Origin: Octopus sinensis
Lineage: Eukaryota
Direction: 5' to 3'
NCBI RefSeq assembly: GCF_006345805.1
Contig: NC_042998.1
Span: forward strand, 202,430,001-202,494,000
Length of the DNA: 64,000 nt
How positions within the stretch are numbered: position 1 is the stretch's first letter; each line of letters begins with the position of its first letter. Of this stretch, positions 12,901 through 26,250 are shown in pieces. The notes below the pieces were generated by a model. It saw only the letters and a list, made by a program, of their open reading frames with translations, was not told the origin of the DNA and ran no database searches. The position numbers were made by a program, and so were the translations under genes.

Positions 12901-15059
12901 ATGTTATATATTCATTATTGATATATAAAAAAACATCAAACTGTGCAATCTCTATTTACCATATTTTTACAATTTCTCCATCAATTCCATTGTATTTCCT
13001 CCCTATTCCTCATCCCATTGCTTTGACCGCCCCTTTTATTCCATTCATTTTCTTCCTTCCTACATTCTTCAATCATTTCCATTCAGCTTATCTCATATAT
13101 TCTATTCTATCCCCATCTCTCTCCATCTCTCTTCTCTTTATATATATGCGTATGTGTTGTGTGTATATTTGTGAGTATGTGTGGTGCTGGTGGTGCGGCG
13201 AGTTTATATACATGCGCACTTATAATTTCGCTTCTTGTATAACTCTCTTCCTTCTACTTTCTCTGCTTTCATACCTGCATATTTCTCCACTAAAGGTAGT
13301 TTATCTTTCAACATTTCTCTGCATACCTTTCCAACAATACTCTCTCTTCTTATCTTTCTCTTCATACCTGCATATAAGTACATACATACACATATAAATA
13401 CGAACAAAATACATATATAACTTTATGCAACCATTTTTGATTTTAAAAAAACCCATAAATTAGAGCGTACACGCACTACGTATGCTCCGACGTACGTATA
13501 TTCATTGACAAATAAATACATATATTTTAATTCATAAAAGTTTGTTCTAAATAAACTACCGCGAGAAGATTTCGTATCTGAAGGAATAGATAGTTCCCAT
13601 GTCTTTCGTTGTCCTTTGGATACCGGTCAGAATCCACCCATCAATATCTATTGTAAAACATTGGAGGTTAACAGAAACAGAAGCGGGAATTCCAATGTTT
13701 TTTGAAGGAGGCATTAATCATTGCAACTAGTGCGGGACCTGTATAGATGTACACAAGGATGCTGAGTAGGAGATGAGTGGATCGGGAAGACAAGAGTTGA
13801 TGTGTCACGATCACTTCCACCTCTGAAAAGCAAGAGATATTATAATCGCTGGAAAAAAGACAAAGAAAGGATATAGCACTAGGAGATCTTTTTCGTGATT
13901 AGTGGGTGATTTTATTTCATCTAGTTTTAGCTCACGAGCTGTGGCCATGCTGGGGCACCGCTGTTGACTTTTCGTCAAGAATAAGGCAGAAAAGTTATTT
14001 CCACAGCCGTAGAGATTGTAGTATCAACTTCAATCTGCCTCTCTTCCACCTCTCTCCCTCTCTCTCCTTCGTCCACCTCTCTGTCTCCGTCCTTCACCTT
14101 TCACTCTCTCTCCGTCCCCTCTCTCTACCCCGTCAGAGAAGGAAAATTTTAGAAGCGTTCTTTTCTTTGTTCACAGGAAATCAAACAGTTATATCAGGTT
14201 ACGTAAATTCTTTGTTTTTTTAGTACAGCAATATAGTAGCATTTTGGATCTAAGAGTACTTTGACAAACTTGGTAAGACGTGATTTTTTTCGGTGGCGTA
14301 TTAATGCTAACGCTTCGTTCCCCTAATGATATTTAATTACATGACATGTTTTCTGATTTCAAATCTCACCCAGGTTGATGCATAAACTTCCATCGTTTCA
14401 AGGTTGATAACTAGTAATAGTATATAACGTATTAGGTAGATATAATTAACGATATTTCCGGTGATATCGCTGAGTGACTCTAGTCATATGACTGAAACAA
14501 GTAAAGGAATAAAAGAATTCGAACAAATTGAAAGGAAGACTCGAAGTATTTTGGTGGGATATTTCGAATCGAGAAGTTTTAGGAGTTAAGTGGTTGCAGA
14601 AACTCTTTGCACTCTGTAGGATGGTCCTGTATTTGTAATAAATCGTAACTATAGGTGCCAAAAAAGAAACTGTTTGGGTAGCAATCAATTATCATACCCT
14701 CCATTCACAGCCTACCATCTTATAAAGAGATTAAGATATAGAAGAAAGTAGTTTTAGGTATCTAAAAAGATGGGTGGTTTGATCAATCAGAGGCGATTCC
14801 TGGCTACATAACTACGGTGCTGACTGCCGATGTTTCCAAAAGAAGAAAATCGTGGTTCCTTGGAAATTATGTCTTCGTTGGATTTCCCATTGCGGATGCA
14901 CTTTGTCAGACAGATTTCATCACAGAATTGTAGTTGTCTCTTTTAAATTCCAGGTATACTAAAAATGATTTGAATTCAAAATGCTCAGACCCCCAAATGA
15001 TACCACAAGGCATTAAGCTCAACGCTCTAATCATTCTGTCCATCCACTGCCCTTGGCTA

Positions 15060-15897
15060 TTACTATATGTATCGGCACTAACATGATGAAAGGCATAGTA
15101 AACTTCGGCAGGATTTGAACTCAGAAATTTGAGACAAATACCGCAATCATTTAATGAAAGGCCCTAATAACTCTGCCAATTCGCTGTCTCTTCGTTGATT
15201 TTTTATTAACATAACAACATTTTGTTTTCTTTAGGTAACACATTTTATGAATGGAAACGAAAATTAGATGCTGTGGCTGTCATGGCTTATTAGAGAAGTT
15301 CATTTTTACCTAATATTGTTCAAAATATTGTACTCCAATTTTGACACAAGTCATTCAATTTCGAGGTTGGGCTGATTAAATCGTCCCCAATACTCAAATT
15401 GTAATTATTTTATTTACCCCGAAAGGCTGAAAGACAAAGTCGACTGCGATGGCATTTGGAATTTACAACATAATGCCGGAAGTAATATCTCTAAGTATTG
15501 TCTAGCTAGGTACATGACCCGCATTTTGTGGGAGAGGGTATAGTCGGTTACATCGAACCCAGTACTCAGCTGGTACTTAATTTATCAAACCCGAATGTAT
15601 GAAAGGCAAAGTCGGCCTCGGCGGAATTTGAACTCAGTAAGTAACGTTAAGCATTTAGCCCGACCTGCTAACAATTCTGCCAGCTCAGGGCTTTAATTAT
15701 AATGTTTACAAACTTTGGCACAAGGCCAGCATTTTTGTGGGTGGGCAAAGTCAGCGGGTACATATTTTATCGTCCCCGAAAGGATAACAGGCAATGTCGA
15801 ACTTGGCAAAATTTGAACTCAGAACGTAAAGATGGACGAAATGTTGCCAAGCAGTTTTCCCTGAATACTAAAGATTGTGGTAGCTCACCCACTTAAT
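15060..15897 (-). mobile_element. Cluster of at least 4 truncated copies of tRNA-derived SINE family 2
   Basis: Repeated motifs ccgaaagg(a)tgaaaggcaaagtcg(a)cctcggcggaatttgaactcag and ctgccagctc, reverse of the copy at 25586. Confidence 0.8.
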
Positions 15898-16274
15898 ATT
15901 GATTAAGATGTTTAAAATGTGTTTAAAAGCGATATGTGTATACTTCGAGCAGGAGTCTGAGAGAAGAATGAATAGCTGTGTATATACGTGTAGTTGTGCT
16001 TGTGTGGGTGTCTGTGAATATAAGTGAAACTTATGGTTATATCTTTAATTGTGACTGGTGGCAAAATACTTTTCTAAATGTATACTGATATAAAATAATA
16101 TGTTGTCAATTTGTGTACTTAAATTTAGACACAAATAAAACATTAAGTCGATAAAATTGTGAAGGTAAGTGATACTGTTTTGTACGTATTGGAAGCCAGA
16201 ATATGTTGACAGGGTTATTGGAAGACAAGGACACTGAAAAGAATTTCTGTCTTTTTCTAAATCTCACTCTCTCA

Positions 16275-16309
16275 CTTCCTATGTATATATGTATGTATAT
16301 ATGTATATA

Positions 16310-16366
<57 letters not shown>

Positions 16367-16402
16367 CACACACATGTACATATATATATATATATACATA
16401 TA

Positions 16403-16434
<32 letters not shown>

Positions 16435-16628
16435 AACATATACACACACACATATATATAAATATATATATGTATATATATATACACACACATGTACATA
16501 TATATATATATACATATATATATGTATATGTATATATACATAGATTTATATATTTACATATATATGTATATTTGTATATGTGTTTATGTATATATATATA
16601 TATGTGTGTGTGTGTGTATATATGTGTA

Positions 16629-16677
<49 letters not shown>

Positions 16678-16745
16678 ATATATGTATATGTGTATATATG
16701 TATATATATATACATATATATACACATACATATATATATATATAT

Positions 16746-16793
<48 letters not shown>

Positions 16794-16800
16794 AGGGAGG
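16275..16800. repeat. (TA)n/(TG)n/(GA)n compound microsatellite
   Basis: Direct inspection; similar arrays at 7755-7885, 28040-28350, 33530-34030, 36500-36900, 37150-37470, 40420-41335, 41730-41995, 51280-51710. Confidence 0.95.
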
Positions 16801-17658
16801 AGAAAGAGAGGAAGACATAGATATCGATATATGTATTGATTAATTGATTGATCGATTGATTTAGTTACATGGCACTCCATAATTAATCCAAACTCTCTGC
16901 TAAACGGTAATTTTACAGTTATTACAGCGGGGTGTATCACTTTGTCTGTATGGCGTTATTGATTTTCTGAAGTGCAGCGCAGTAAATTTAGTGGAGCGAA
17001 TAGCCACATTTTCATGATTCCTAGACTACAATCCACGACCACCGAAAACTAAGCTGGCCCACATGAATTTATTCGATATTTATTGCACCTTTTGCACACA
17101 ATAGTTTCATATTTCCAAGGTATCAGTGACAACGGCTATGTTATATACTCACAACATTTCCGAATGTTGTGACGGGAGATTGAGCGCAATGTATTTGTGT
17201 GGATGTGTGAGTGTGTCTGTGTTGTGCCTACGTCTGAGTGTATTCGTGTGTGTGTGTATGTAGATATGAATGAATGTATAAATATCATAAGGCAAAGTTT
17301 TTTCTCAAAACTTTCAGAATGCAACAGCTACCCAAATATAGACTGTTATTAGGTTGGGTGAAATGACGAGGAGAAATAGCGAAGTACCTGTTTAAAAGGT
17401 TGCCCGTAGAAGCGCATTCTGCTGTGCAATCAATTGTTTAAGAAAAATGTCAATTTCCTTGGTTTTGTGTTTATGTTTTCGTTTCTCATTGCGTTCGACG
17501 TTTTTTTTTTTTTGGTATCCTGTATCCATATATGCATGTATATATACATATAGATGTAGGTACGTACATATATGTATGCATATATGTATATGTTTTATTT
17601 ATTAATTTGTTATTATATGACGGAACGCACGCATCCATTTCTAAGTAAGTTTTTTCTT

Positions 17659-17700
<42 letters not shown>

Positions 17701-18370
17701 CCAATAACTCTTTGAGTGTGTCTGAACTCCAATGAACAGGACTTATTTTTGCGCTAGAAATCGGATGTTTTTCATTTGATAAGAAATCAGTTAGTTATTT
17801 CCTGCATTGCCATATATATGTTTCGGGCTTTGCTCATAATATCTGGGGCTGCTATTTTATGAAGTGACGACATTTTATCAAAGCGCCATATTTTGCCCTC
17901 AGCCGAGAACAATCGTGTTTTTCAACGCAAAATACTTGTGAAGTTTCTCTGAAACAATATATTTCATGCTGAACTGTTTCGTGTTTATATATGCATTACA
18001 TATTTTTTATATGCACTGACACACATTCACACGTACATACGCACAAGCAAACACACACATTCACACAAATATATAAATATATATTTGTGTGTGTATGTGT
18101 GCGTGTGCATGTATGATATTTCTTTGAAATCTAAGTTCTTGAGAGAGTTGAAGCCAGTTGCTAACAAAGTGACAAGACGTTTTGAGCTAAAAGATTTCCC
18201 GGTGTTTGTAAATAAATGGTTCTGTTGGTGTGTTGGCTGAACTGATCTGTTCATCCATTCACATAACATCAATTCCTTTTGGGATCGTGGTATTTCTTTA
18301 TGCAACCATAACATTCTATAAATATATTGAATGCTTTTGTAAGTCAACACCACATCCTACATAGCAGTGC

Positions 18371-18820
18371 TTATTACATCCGCGTTAGCGAAGGTGCAGG
18401 TATTCTTTTCAGTTTGCTTGTTTGTTTGTTTTCCCATGCTGAGTCAAATTAAGCCGCAGGTACCACTCCTGGTGGTGCCCTTCCATCAATTCCTTTAAGT
18501 TTCTGTTTTATAACCATCCATACTAACCCTGGAACCCCTGGATGGATTCGGATGAAACTTTCACTGATGCTTGGCCTTGTGACTGTCCCGAACCAATTTG
18601 ATTTTTGGGTCGTTCCGGTACCAGACAAGGATTGTGGATTACTCTTCCGGGATTTTTACTTAACATTTCAGAGCGGTCGTGTTCATTTTTAATATTCTCG
18701 TTTGTGAGAGCAGTCGAGTTTATTTCAGATATCCTCATTTTACAAATCCTCTCCGGCTAATCGTTCAGAGGACGTTGGTATTAACTTGGATGAGGTTTGC
18801 GCTCTCTGAGTACTGTTCTT
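18371..18820 (+). mobile_element. Probable Helentron-associated (DINE-1/HINE-like) non-autonomous element
   Basis: 5' ttattacatccgcgttagcgaagg, (GTTT)n tract, ggatggattcggatgaaactttc, and 3' ttggatgaggtttgcgctctctgagtact (decayed subTIR plus terminal hairpin). Architecture recalled from HINE families. Confidence 0.45.
18430..18517 (-). rRNA. 88-bp 18S rRNA fragment (non-functional copy)
   Basis: Reverse complement ATGGTTATAAAACAGAAACTTAAAGGAATTGATGGAAGGGCACCACCAGGAGTGGTACCTGCGGCTTAATTTGACTCAGCATGGGAAA matches the universal eukaryotic SSU segment (about 9 differences from the consensus as I recall it, some at CpG). Confidence 0.88.
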
Positions 18821-20849
18821 ACATTATTTTGTTGAGATTATTTCTACAGAAATTATTGTATATTATGTTTGTATAACGAAATGCCACCTATCTACAAGTC
18901 ATTAATGATTACATGCCAGCTCCAGGAATGCGTTTAATATGTAAATTAGTAGATCCGATAACTTAACATCGCTGTATGCAATGGTTATATATGCAATGTA
19001 ATCGCAGATGAGAGGAGGTTAGATGGGTGCTGATAAAGGGGCAAAAGCCGCCGAAATATGCCATATACATGCATCACCCATTTTTGTCTCTGATCTCATT
19101 GTTTACCTCTGACGTTTCGATACGAAACGTTGTAGCAAAAAGTCAGTGCTGGCTATAATTTCTGGAGAAATAACCTCAGCAAAATATGCATAACAATCTC
19201 AGATGGTGTATGTATGTATGTATGTATGTATGTATGTATGTATGTATGTATGTATGTATGTATGTATGTATGTATTTCATTTTCAGTTTTATTTCTAGAT
19301 TTCTTGCCTATAGACAAAGAGTCGTTTTCTAACCTACATCCAAGTATTCTTCATTGGAATTTCAACATCAACAACATGGTTACTTTTATTTGTATGTAGG
19401 AATGTATGTATGTGTGCAGATTTATATGCTTTGTTTTATGTATCATGCCTATAGTTGCATATCTAGACATGTTCATATATATTTAAATGATAAACTTCTG
19501 GAAAGTTTTACGTATCTATGTATGTATGATGCAAACTTGCAGTATACCCAGATAAGAAACTGAGACCTGCTTGTCAGTTTGTTTAAACAGTCTCCAAATA
19601 TCTAAGCACAGGTATCGGTATAGGAATTCATGGAGTCATATTTATCGCTCCGAAGTGAAACGCATCTGTCGATATTCAAAGATTGCATCAGGGTTACAGA
19701 ATAAATCCAACTATATTGCTTCATTCATGCATAATATGAAGAAATACTCTTGAGCCTTCCCTAATTGGATACGGTGGCTGGAAGTGGATAATATCAAATA
19801 TAAAGGAAAACAGAGGTTGATGCCATTATGCATAGCGGGGAAGAGAAATATACTGAATAGCATTAAAGAACATCCAGTGATTTTTGACGAATGTCAACAT
19901 TTTGATAAGCTTCTATTAAAATTTCGGAAGCCTGTATCGCAATTGAATGGAGCAGTTGTTGATACCAAGCCTATTCTTCGGCCAAATGTTACTCAGGTGG
20001 TATTACTCAGTCTGAGAATACGATAAGGTCACTTACACTAAGTGACATCGTGGGGTCGAACAATACTTGCAGATGTTGAAGTAGGTTAGAGACAATACCT
20101 GACTGCTATTCTCCTCATCTCAGGAAACTAAAATTAAATAGAGCCAAATGCAAACCAACCCAAACTACCGTTTCCAATTTTACTCAGTTCGAAAATAAGG
20201 CATTAACAGTTGCTTCAGGTTGAATCTGGATTGATCAGAAGAATGAGTGAGAAAGAGACAATTTCCAAAGCGACTTATAAAACAAATCAACGTTGGAGCC
20301 TTATTGGTTCTTCAAGATATAGCAACTAAATCCCCCTCAAATGACTCTCTCTGCCACATTATCACATTATAAAAGGCGTTATTTCATGGTGTAGTTTATT
20401 GTGTGTGCACATAGGGCAAAGATGGTAACTTCTCTTAAATCCTACATGATTTCTTATTTTGGCAGACGAGCGCATTGGAGTCGCCCCAATAATAACTGCT
20501 AGTTGTTTTATGGAACCCGGATGGGCAGGAGATGATATTAGCTTCGGTTAGATTTTGAAATCAGATCGTAATGGAATGCCAATGAACAAAATACTGTATA
20601 TTTCCTTTAATCTATTCTATTCAAAATTGAGTTTAAATTACGTTAAAAAAATCCTCATAGTAAGAGTATAATCGATTACAATGGCATCAGAGCTTCACTG
20701 GTATTTACGCTATCGATTGAAAATAAACGGAAGTCAAAAGTAAAACTCGGAAATTTTGAAGTCCGTAATTAAAGAGGCGTAATAAAATATAGCAAAGCAT
20801 TTCGATCCGAATAATCATAACATTGATTCCTAAATTGAGCGCACGTCCA

Positions 20850-21145
20850 CCAAATTTAGAAAGTAACATGATCGATGAGATCGACTCCAGTATTTTTCTG
20901 TTATTTACATCATTGACCCGAGAGGTAGGGAAGTAAATATGTGTCTCAGAAATTCAAATGTGTAATGTGAAACGACGTAAGCAATTACTGGGGGAGGAGG
21001 ATAGTCGATTACATCGACCGCAGTGTTTCACTGGTACTTAATTTATTGATCCCGAAAGGATGAAAGGTGAAGTCGACCTCGGTGAAAGATGAACACAGGA
21101 CGCCAAGCTATCAAAATGTGGCTAAGAATTTTGCCCGGAGTGTCA
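20850..21145 (-). mobile_element. SINE family 2, two partial copies
   Basis: gtcgattacatcgaccgcagtgtttcactggtacttaatttattgatcccgaaaggatgaaagg. Confidence 0.75.
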
Positions 21146-21156
21146 TTTGCATTTTC

Positions 21157-21613
21157 CCCTGATGCAGCACCAGGCAATGGCTCTCATGGCTTTTGATATT
21201 AACTGATTGGAAGTGTTATCACGTACATGGTTTGTTTCGGTGTAAAAATGATGGGCTACATTCTGTTGAATACCATAGTTTGGCTTGTCGGTTGCTTGAC
21301 CGTAACCAGTTGAACATGTCCTGTAGAGGTTGAAGATGTGTGCATTCTGATTACGAGTTAAAGTAGTGGGGGAGCATCATGGGCATGCGTTGAGAGGAAT
21401 TCTTTAGAGCTTGAATTATTCACCTCCAGAAACATGGGTGTTTTGTTCATCATCCTCGAGCAACCCTTACTCAGAGACCTTTTGGCCTGAAGAAATTTCT
21501 AAGTGCAAGGTCATGTGCTGAGTAGTTATCATAAGTATATTTCAGATGAGAAGTTATGATGAGTATATTTGTACCCCTGTATCACTTTCATGGCATGCAC
21601 TGCTCTCTCACTC
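21157..21613 (+). mobile_element. Older diverged copy of the ~550-bp (AAT)n-associated non-coding element
   Basis: Starts ccctgatgcagcaccaggcaatggctctc and ends catgcactgctctctcactc-aataat, colinear with 49087-49632. Confidence 0.85.
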
Positions 21614-21931
21614 AATAATATTAGAAATAATAATATTAAAACTAATACGAAGAAGTAGTAGTAGTAGTAGTAGTAGTAGAAGAAGAAAAAGAAGAAGAAG
21701 AAGAAGAAGAAGATTTTTCTTTTTTCTTCTTTTTCTTCTCAGGCTTTCTTAACTTTTTTAAAACTTAACCTAATTTTGTAAATAAACAATCTGGTGTCCT
21801 TGTTTTAATGGCCTACTTATGTCTTCAGCGATTTTCTTTGCTCTAGGTGTCAGGAAGACACTCGGCAAGAAATGGAAATAAAATCGAAATAAGATGATGA
21901 TAACGACAACAACAACAACAACAACAACAAC

Positions 21932-21970
<39 letters not shown>

Positions 21971-21971
<1 letters not shown>

Positions 21972-22106
21972 TTGGAGATATTTCTCTACTTCCCCTCCCC
22001 AAGCTTTCAGCTATATTTCAACAACTCTTAACCTTCACTTGCCCTAGGGCGCTGGGTGTGCCCCGGCAAGTGATTGCATCAAACATGCAGATCAAAAGTA
22101 AATGAC
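21971..22106 (+). mobile_element. Probable 3' end of an R4/Dong-type LINE inserted in (AAT)n
   Basis: Flanked on both sides by (AAT)n; 3' stem-loop CACTTGCC...GGGCGC-TGGGT-GTGCCC...GGCAAGTG at 22036-22072. Confidence 0.45.
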
Positions 22107-22152
<46 letters not shown>

Positions 22153-22169
22153 TAATAATAATAATTCTT

Positions 22170-22355
22170 TCTACATGACGCACGAGGGGCCTGCAATTTT
22201 TGAGATAGAGGGCCAGTCAGTTACGTTGACAAAAGTGTGCAACGGTTACTTATTTCATTTATCACGAAAGGATGAAAGGCGGAATTCGAACACAGAACGT
22301 AAAGAAATGCCGCTAAACATTGTTTTTTTTTCTATTTTTGCCATCTCGCCTGCTT
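22170..22355 (-). mobile_element. SINE family 2, degenerate copy
   Basis: cgaaaggatgaaaggcggaattcgaacacagaacgtaaag...tgccatctcgcc. Confidence 0.65.
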
Positions 22356-22364
22356 ATTAATTGA

Positions 22365-22402
<38 letters not shown>

Positions 22403-22425
22403 TGATGATCATCATGATCATGATG

Positions 22426-22503
<78 letters not shown>

Positions 22504-23125
22504 TAATAATAAATATGGCAGAAACAACAACAATATCATCAGCAAAGATCTATTTTCTAAAAATCATTTTGTTTTATATTTAATTATCATCAACAATATT
22601 TTCCACTTCGAAAAATTCTTACGTTTTTTATACTTTTATCTATATGTTAAAGTTTATATTTTTGTATATTTATATTTTTAATAATGTTTTGTTTCGTTTA
22701 TTTTAATTTCACTTTCCAAAGCGTCTCATCCTGTTACTGATTTAATGACTTTCATGGATTTTTGGGTATCAGTCGGGTTCTGCTTTTCATCTTTCCTTCA
22801 TACGATAGGTTCTTTGATAAATTTAGGGATAGCGTATGAATTCCACTATTTAGAAAAGCTAACGATCAACTAATCAATAATTAAGTTAATTAGCTAGCTG
22901 GCTTCCTTAATCTCTTCACCGTAACTTTTTGAATGTTCAACTTTAGTTCTATATATTCATTTATATGTTTTACTTTTTTTGTTTTTGTTATTACAACTAA
23001 ACTTGTTGTTGTTTATCTTCGATTTCTTCATATTCCTCATCCTTTTCTTCCTTACCTCTTGTTTTTCCTCATCGTATTCCTTTCTCCTTTTAACTTGTTT
23101 TTCTTTTATATTGTTCAAATATGGT

Positions 23126-23155
23126 GTATTACCTATGGAAGTAATCATCATCACT

Positions 23156-23202
<47 letters not shown>

Positions 23203-23308
23203 TAGCATCATTATTATTATTAGCATCATAACTGTTACTGCACATATCTTATTTTAAGTATGTTGTTATTATCAACTTTGCAGATATACGCTCTGACTGT
23301 AATACATT

Positions 23309-23381
<73 letters not shown>

Positions 23382-23409
23382 GGTGGTGGTGGTGGTGGTG
23401 GTGGTGGTG

Positions 23410-23461
<52 letters not shown>

Positions 23462-24032
23462 ATTTTTAATTGATGCTGAATTTGATACATTTTTAGTTTA
23501 TGGGTAGAATATGGTGGGGCGGGCGTGTGTGGTGCGATTCCATAAATATTTACAGTTTATTGGTTTTCAACCGGATGAATTCAGTTTGATTAAAAACTAT
23601 CAATTAGGGACCGGTTTAATTATTCCGCTACATATGATGTTTCATCCGGATAATAACATACATGAAAGCTAAACGAAGGGCTTTCTCTTAACATTGTTAT
23701 TATCCGATGTTATGGCTCAATATAACAATCATCGCAACTTCAGCAACATATTTTAACAACATTTAATGTAAACAATAATGATGAAGATAATAAAGACGTC
23801 TTACGCTATAATAAAGTACCCGAATCGCTAAGGAGGAGAGATGAGTAAATGCTGGGTTTTTTTTTTGGTTTTTTTTTACAGGTATTTATTTTAATGACCT
23901 CCTGCAAAGATGTAAAGCAGAAATTGCCCTCGTGGGTACCTTGAGATGAAATCAGATTATAAAGTGGTGTAACTACAAGAATAGTGTTAGCCCATCTCCC
24001 ATACCGCCTTTAAAACAAAAACGACAATATTG

Positions 24033-24099
<67 letters not shown>

Positions 24100-24113
24100 T
24101 GATGATGATGATG

Positions 24114-24157
<44 letters not shown>

Positions 24158-24561
24158 TAATAATAATAACGATAATAACAACAACAACAACAACAACAAC
24201 ACAACGAATGTTTTTACCAAAAATGACATGAAGCAGATTTTTGAATTAATTATAGTTAAATGTTATATGCCTTAGAATATAATTACACACCAAACAAGGA
24301 ACACGATCTTAATCAAACGAGTATCTAGCTTTCATGTGCCCTAACCCCTCATTCTAAGCATAGCAGCAGCAGGAATATGCAATAATCTTCCGCCCTGAAT
24401 CCCCTGTCAAATGTAACGGCTATAAAATGAGCGACTCAAAACTCCAAGGTACCCCAGAAATGAAGCACTGTATACATATATAACACATATATATATATAT
24501 ATATTTGTGCGTGTGCATATAATCACACACACACACATAGATATATCTATATGTATGTATG

Positions 24562-24595
<34 letters not shown>

Positions 24596-24712
24596 TGTAT
24601 GTATGTATGCATGTATGTATGTATGTATGTATGTATGTATGTATACATGTGTGTATGTGTTTTCTTCTATGTGTATGTATATATATATATATGACGTATT
24701 ACCTATGGAAGT

Positions 24713-24747
<35 letters not shown>

Positions 24748-24890
24748 CCATCATCACCATCATCATCATCATCATCATCATTAGCATCATCATTATTATT
24801 ATTAGCATCATAACTGTTACTGTACATATCTTATTTTAAGTATGTTGTTGTTATCAACTTTGCAGATATACGCTCTGACTGTAATACATT

Positions 24891-24947
<57 letters not shown>

Positions 24948-24969
24948 ATTTTTAATTGATGCTGAATTT
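23126..24969. repeat. Dispersed direct duplication (23126-23483 and 24696-24969) containing (CAT)n and (GTA)n tracts
   Basis: gtattacctatggaagtaatcatc...tagcatcataactgttactg...gcagatatacgctctgactgtaatacattt...gatttttaattgatgctgaattt occurs twice. Confidence 0.92.
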
Positions 24970-25060
24970 TCAAGAACCGAAAAGAACCGAAACATGTAAA
25001 ATTCATAAGAAAATTAAAATTTATCTAATATAGTGGCGTTTTCAAACTTCTTTTTTACAA

Positions 25061-25108
<48 letters not shown>

Positions 25109-25585
25109 CATTTAAAAGTGATATAAATTCATATTTATTTTTTCAAGAACATTGCAAGCCAAATGGCATTTGGCGACATCTGGTGACAACTGTGTAGTTG
25201 TTGCGCAGTTTCCTAATATGACCTGCTTCTACTCAATTACAAGGTAAATTAGAAATCTTAAAGTTAGTAATCTTACAATACGAGTACAAATCAACTGGCA
25301 CGGTAGGTTGAAATCACGTATGTTGAAGTAACATCATAATCTAGAAACAGCAACCAAATCTACCTCAACTTCCTGCTTACCATTTTGAGATGGGAACGAT
25401 TTATTGATATTTTACACCAAGTACGCAGTACCCAACATTGCATCGTACTCACAGAGTGATACACTGTCATGATTGAACTATTCTTGAAAAATAGGTCGCC
25501 TGACAGAGGGTAAACAATGTGTAAGCTACTAGAAAACTGACTAGGGCGGGAGTGCTTAACATTGAGAATTATAAACGTGAGGTAC

Positions 25586-25786
25586 AGGTGGCGAGCTGGC
25601 AGAAACGTTAGCACGCCGGGCGAAATGCTTAGCCGTATTCGTTCTGAGTTCAAATTCCGCCAAGGTCGACTTTGCCTTTCATCCCTTTCGGGGTCGACAA
25701 ATTAAGCACCAGTTGCGTACGGGGGTCGATCTTATCGAATGGACCCTTCCTCCAAAATTTCGGGCTTTGTACCTAGAGTAGAAAAA
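25586..25786 (+). mobile_element. tRNA-derived SINE family 2, near full length
   Basis: aggtggcgagctggcagaaacgttagcacgccgggcgaaatgcttagc...GAGTTCAAATTCC (B box)...gtcgactttgcctttcatcc. Confidence 0.85.
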
Positions 25787-26250
25787 GTATATGTGTGAGA
25801 TACTTGAAAGGAATGATTTGTAAACTGTCAGAACTTCAAAATTACTTCATTTGACACGTATATGGCAAAATAAATCAGTTTATCATTTAACGACCTACAA
25901 TTATAAGAGATATGCATACGAAACCAATGTTTCGTCATTGATATTTAAAAAGTCTATAGAAGAATATCCATGTAGTAACCTACATTGACCATGTCGAAAA
26001 CCTTTTAAGAAAGAGAAGCTTCTACATAAGCCTCTACATAATAGAAACAGAGAGACTGAAAGACAGATGAAGAAATAACGACAGGCCCGTAGAGAGAGGG
26101 AGAGAGAGTCAAGGAGATGGTTGCTGCCAACAGAGATAACTGCATGCCTGATTCAAGAACCTAGATTTTCTTGTCGTGGTCTATATCTCATTCTTACAAA
26201 TTCAAGGCAAAATATTCACCATCCTTGGACTCACATCTGTAAATACACAC

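Noticed and set aside
16129-16164. AG...GTAAGT-bounded 36-nt segment (similar case at 33269-33347)
   Set aside because: Stops in all three frames; cannot be supported as exons without RNA data
19600-20110. GPCR-like words on the minus strand (SLSVSDLIV, SLNIDRC)
   Set aside because: About 120 codons separate them, roughly twice the TM2-to-DRY spacing, with 7 stops in frame; a very old LINE RT relic or chance is more likely
23643-23709. 67-nt hairpin as a possible pre-miRNA
   Set aside because: Large 5x9 internal loop and 10-nt terminal loop; not a canonical precursor and no other support
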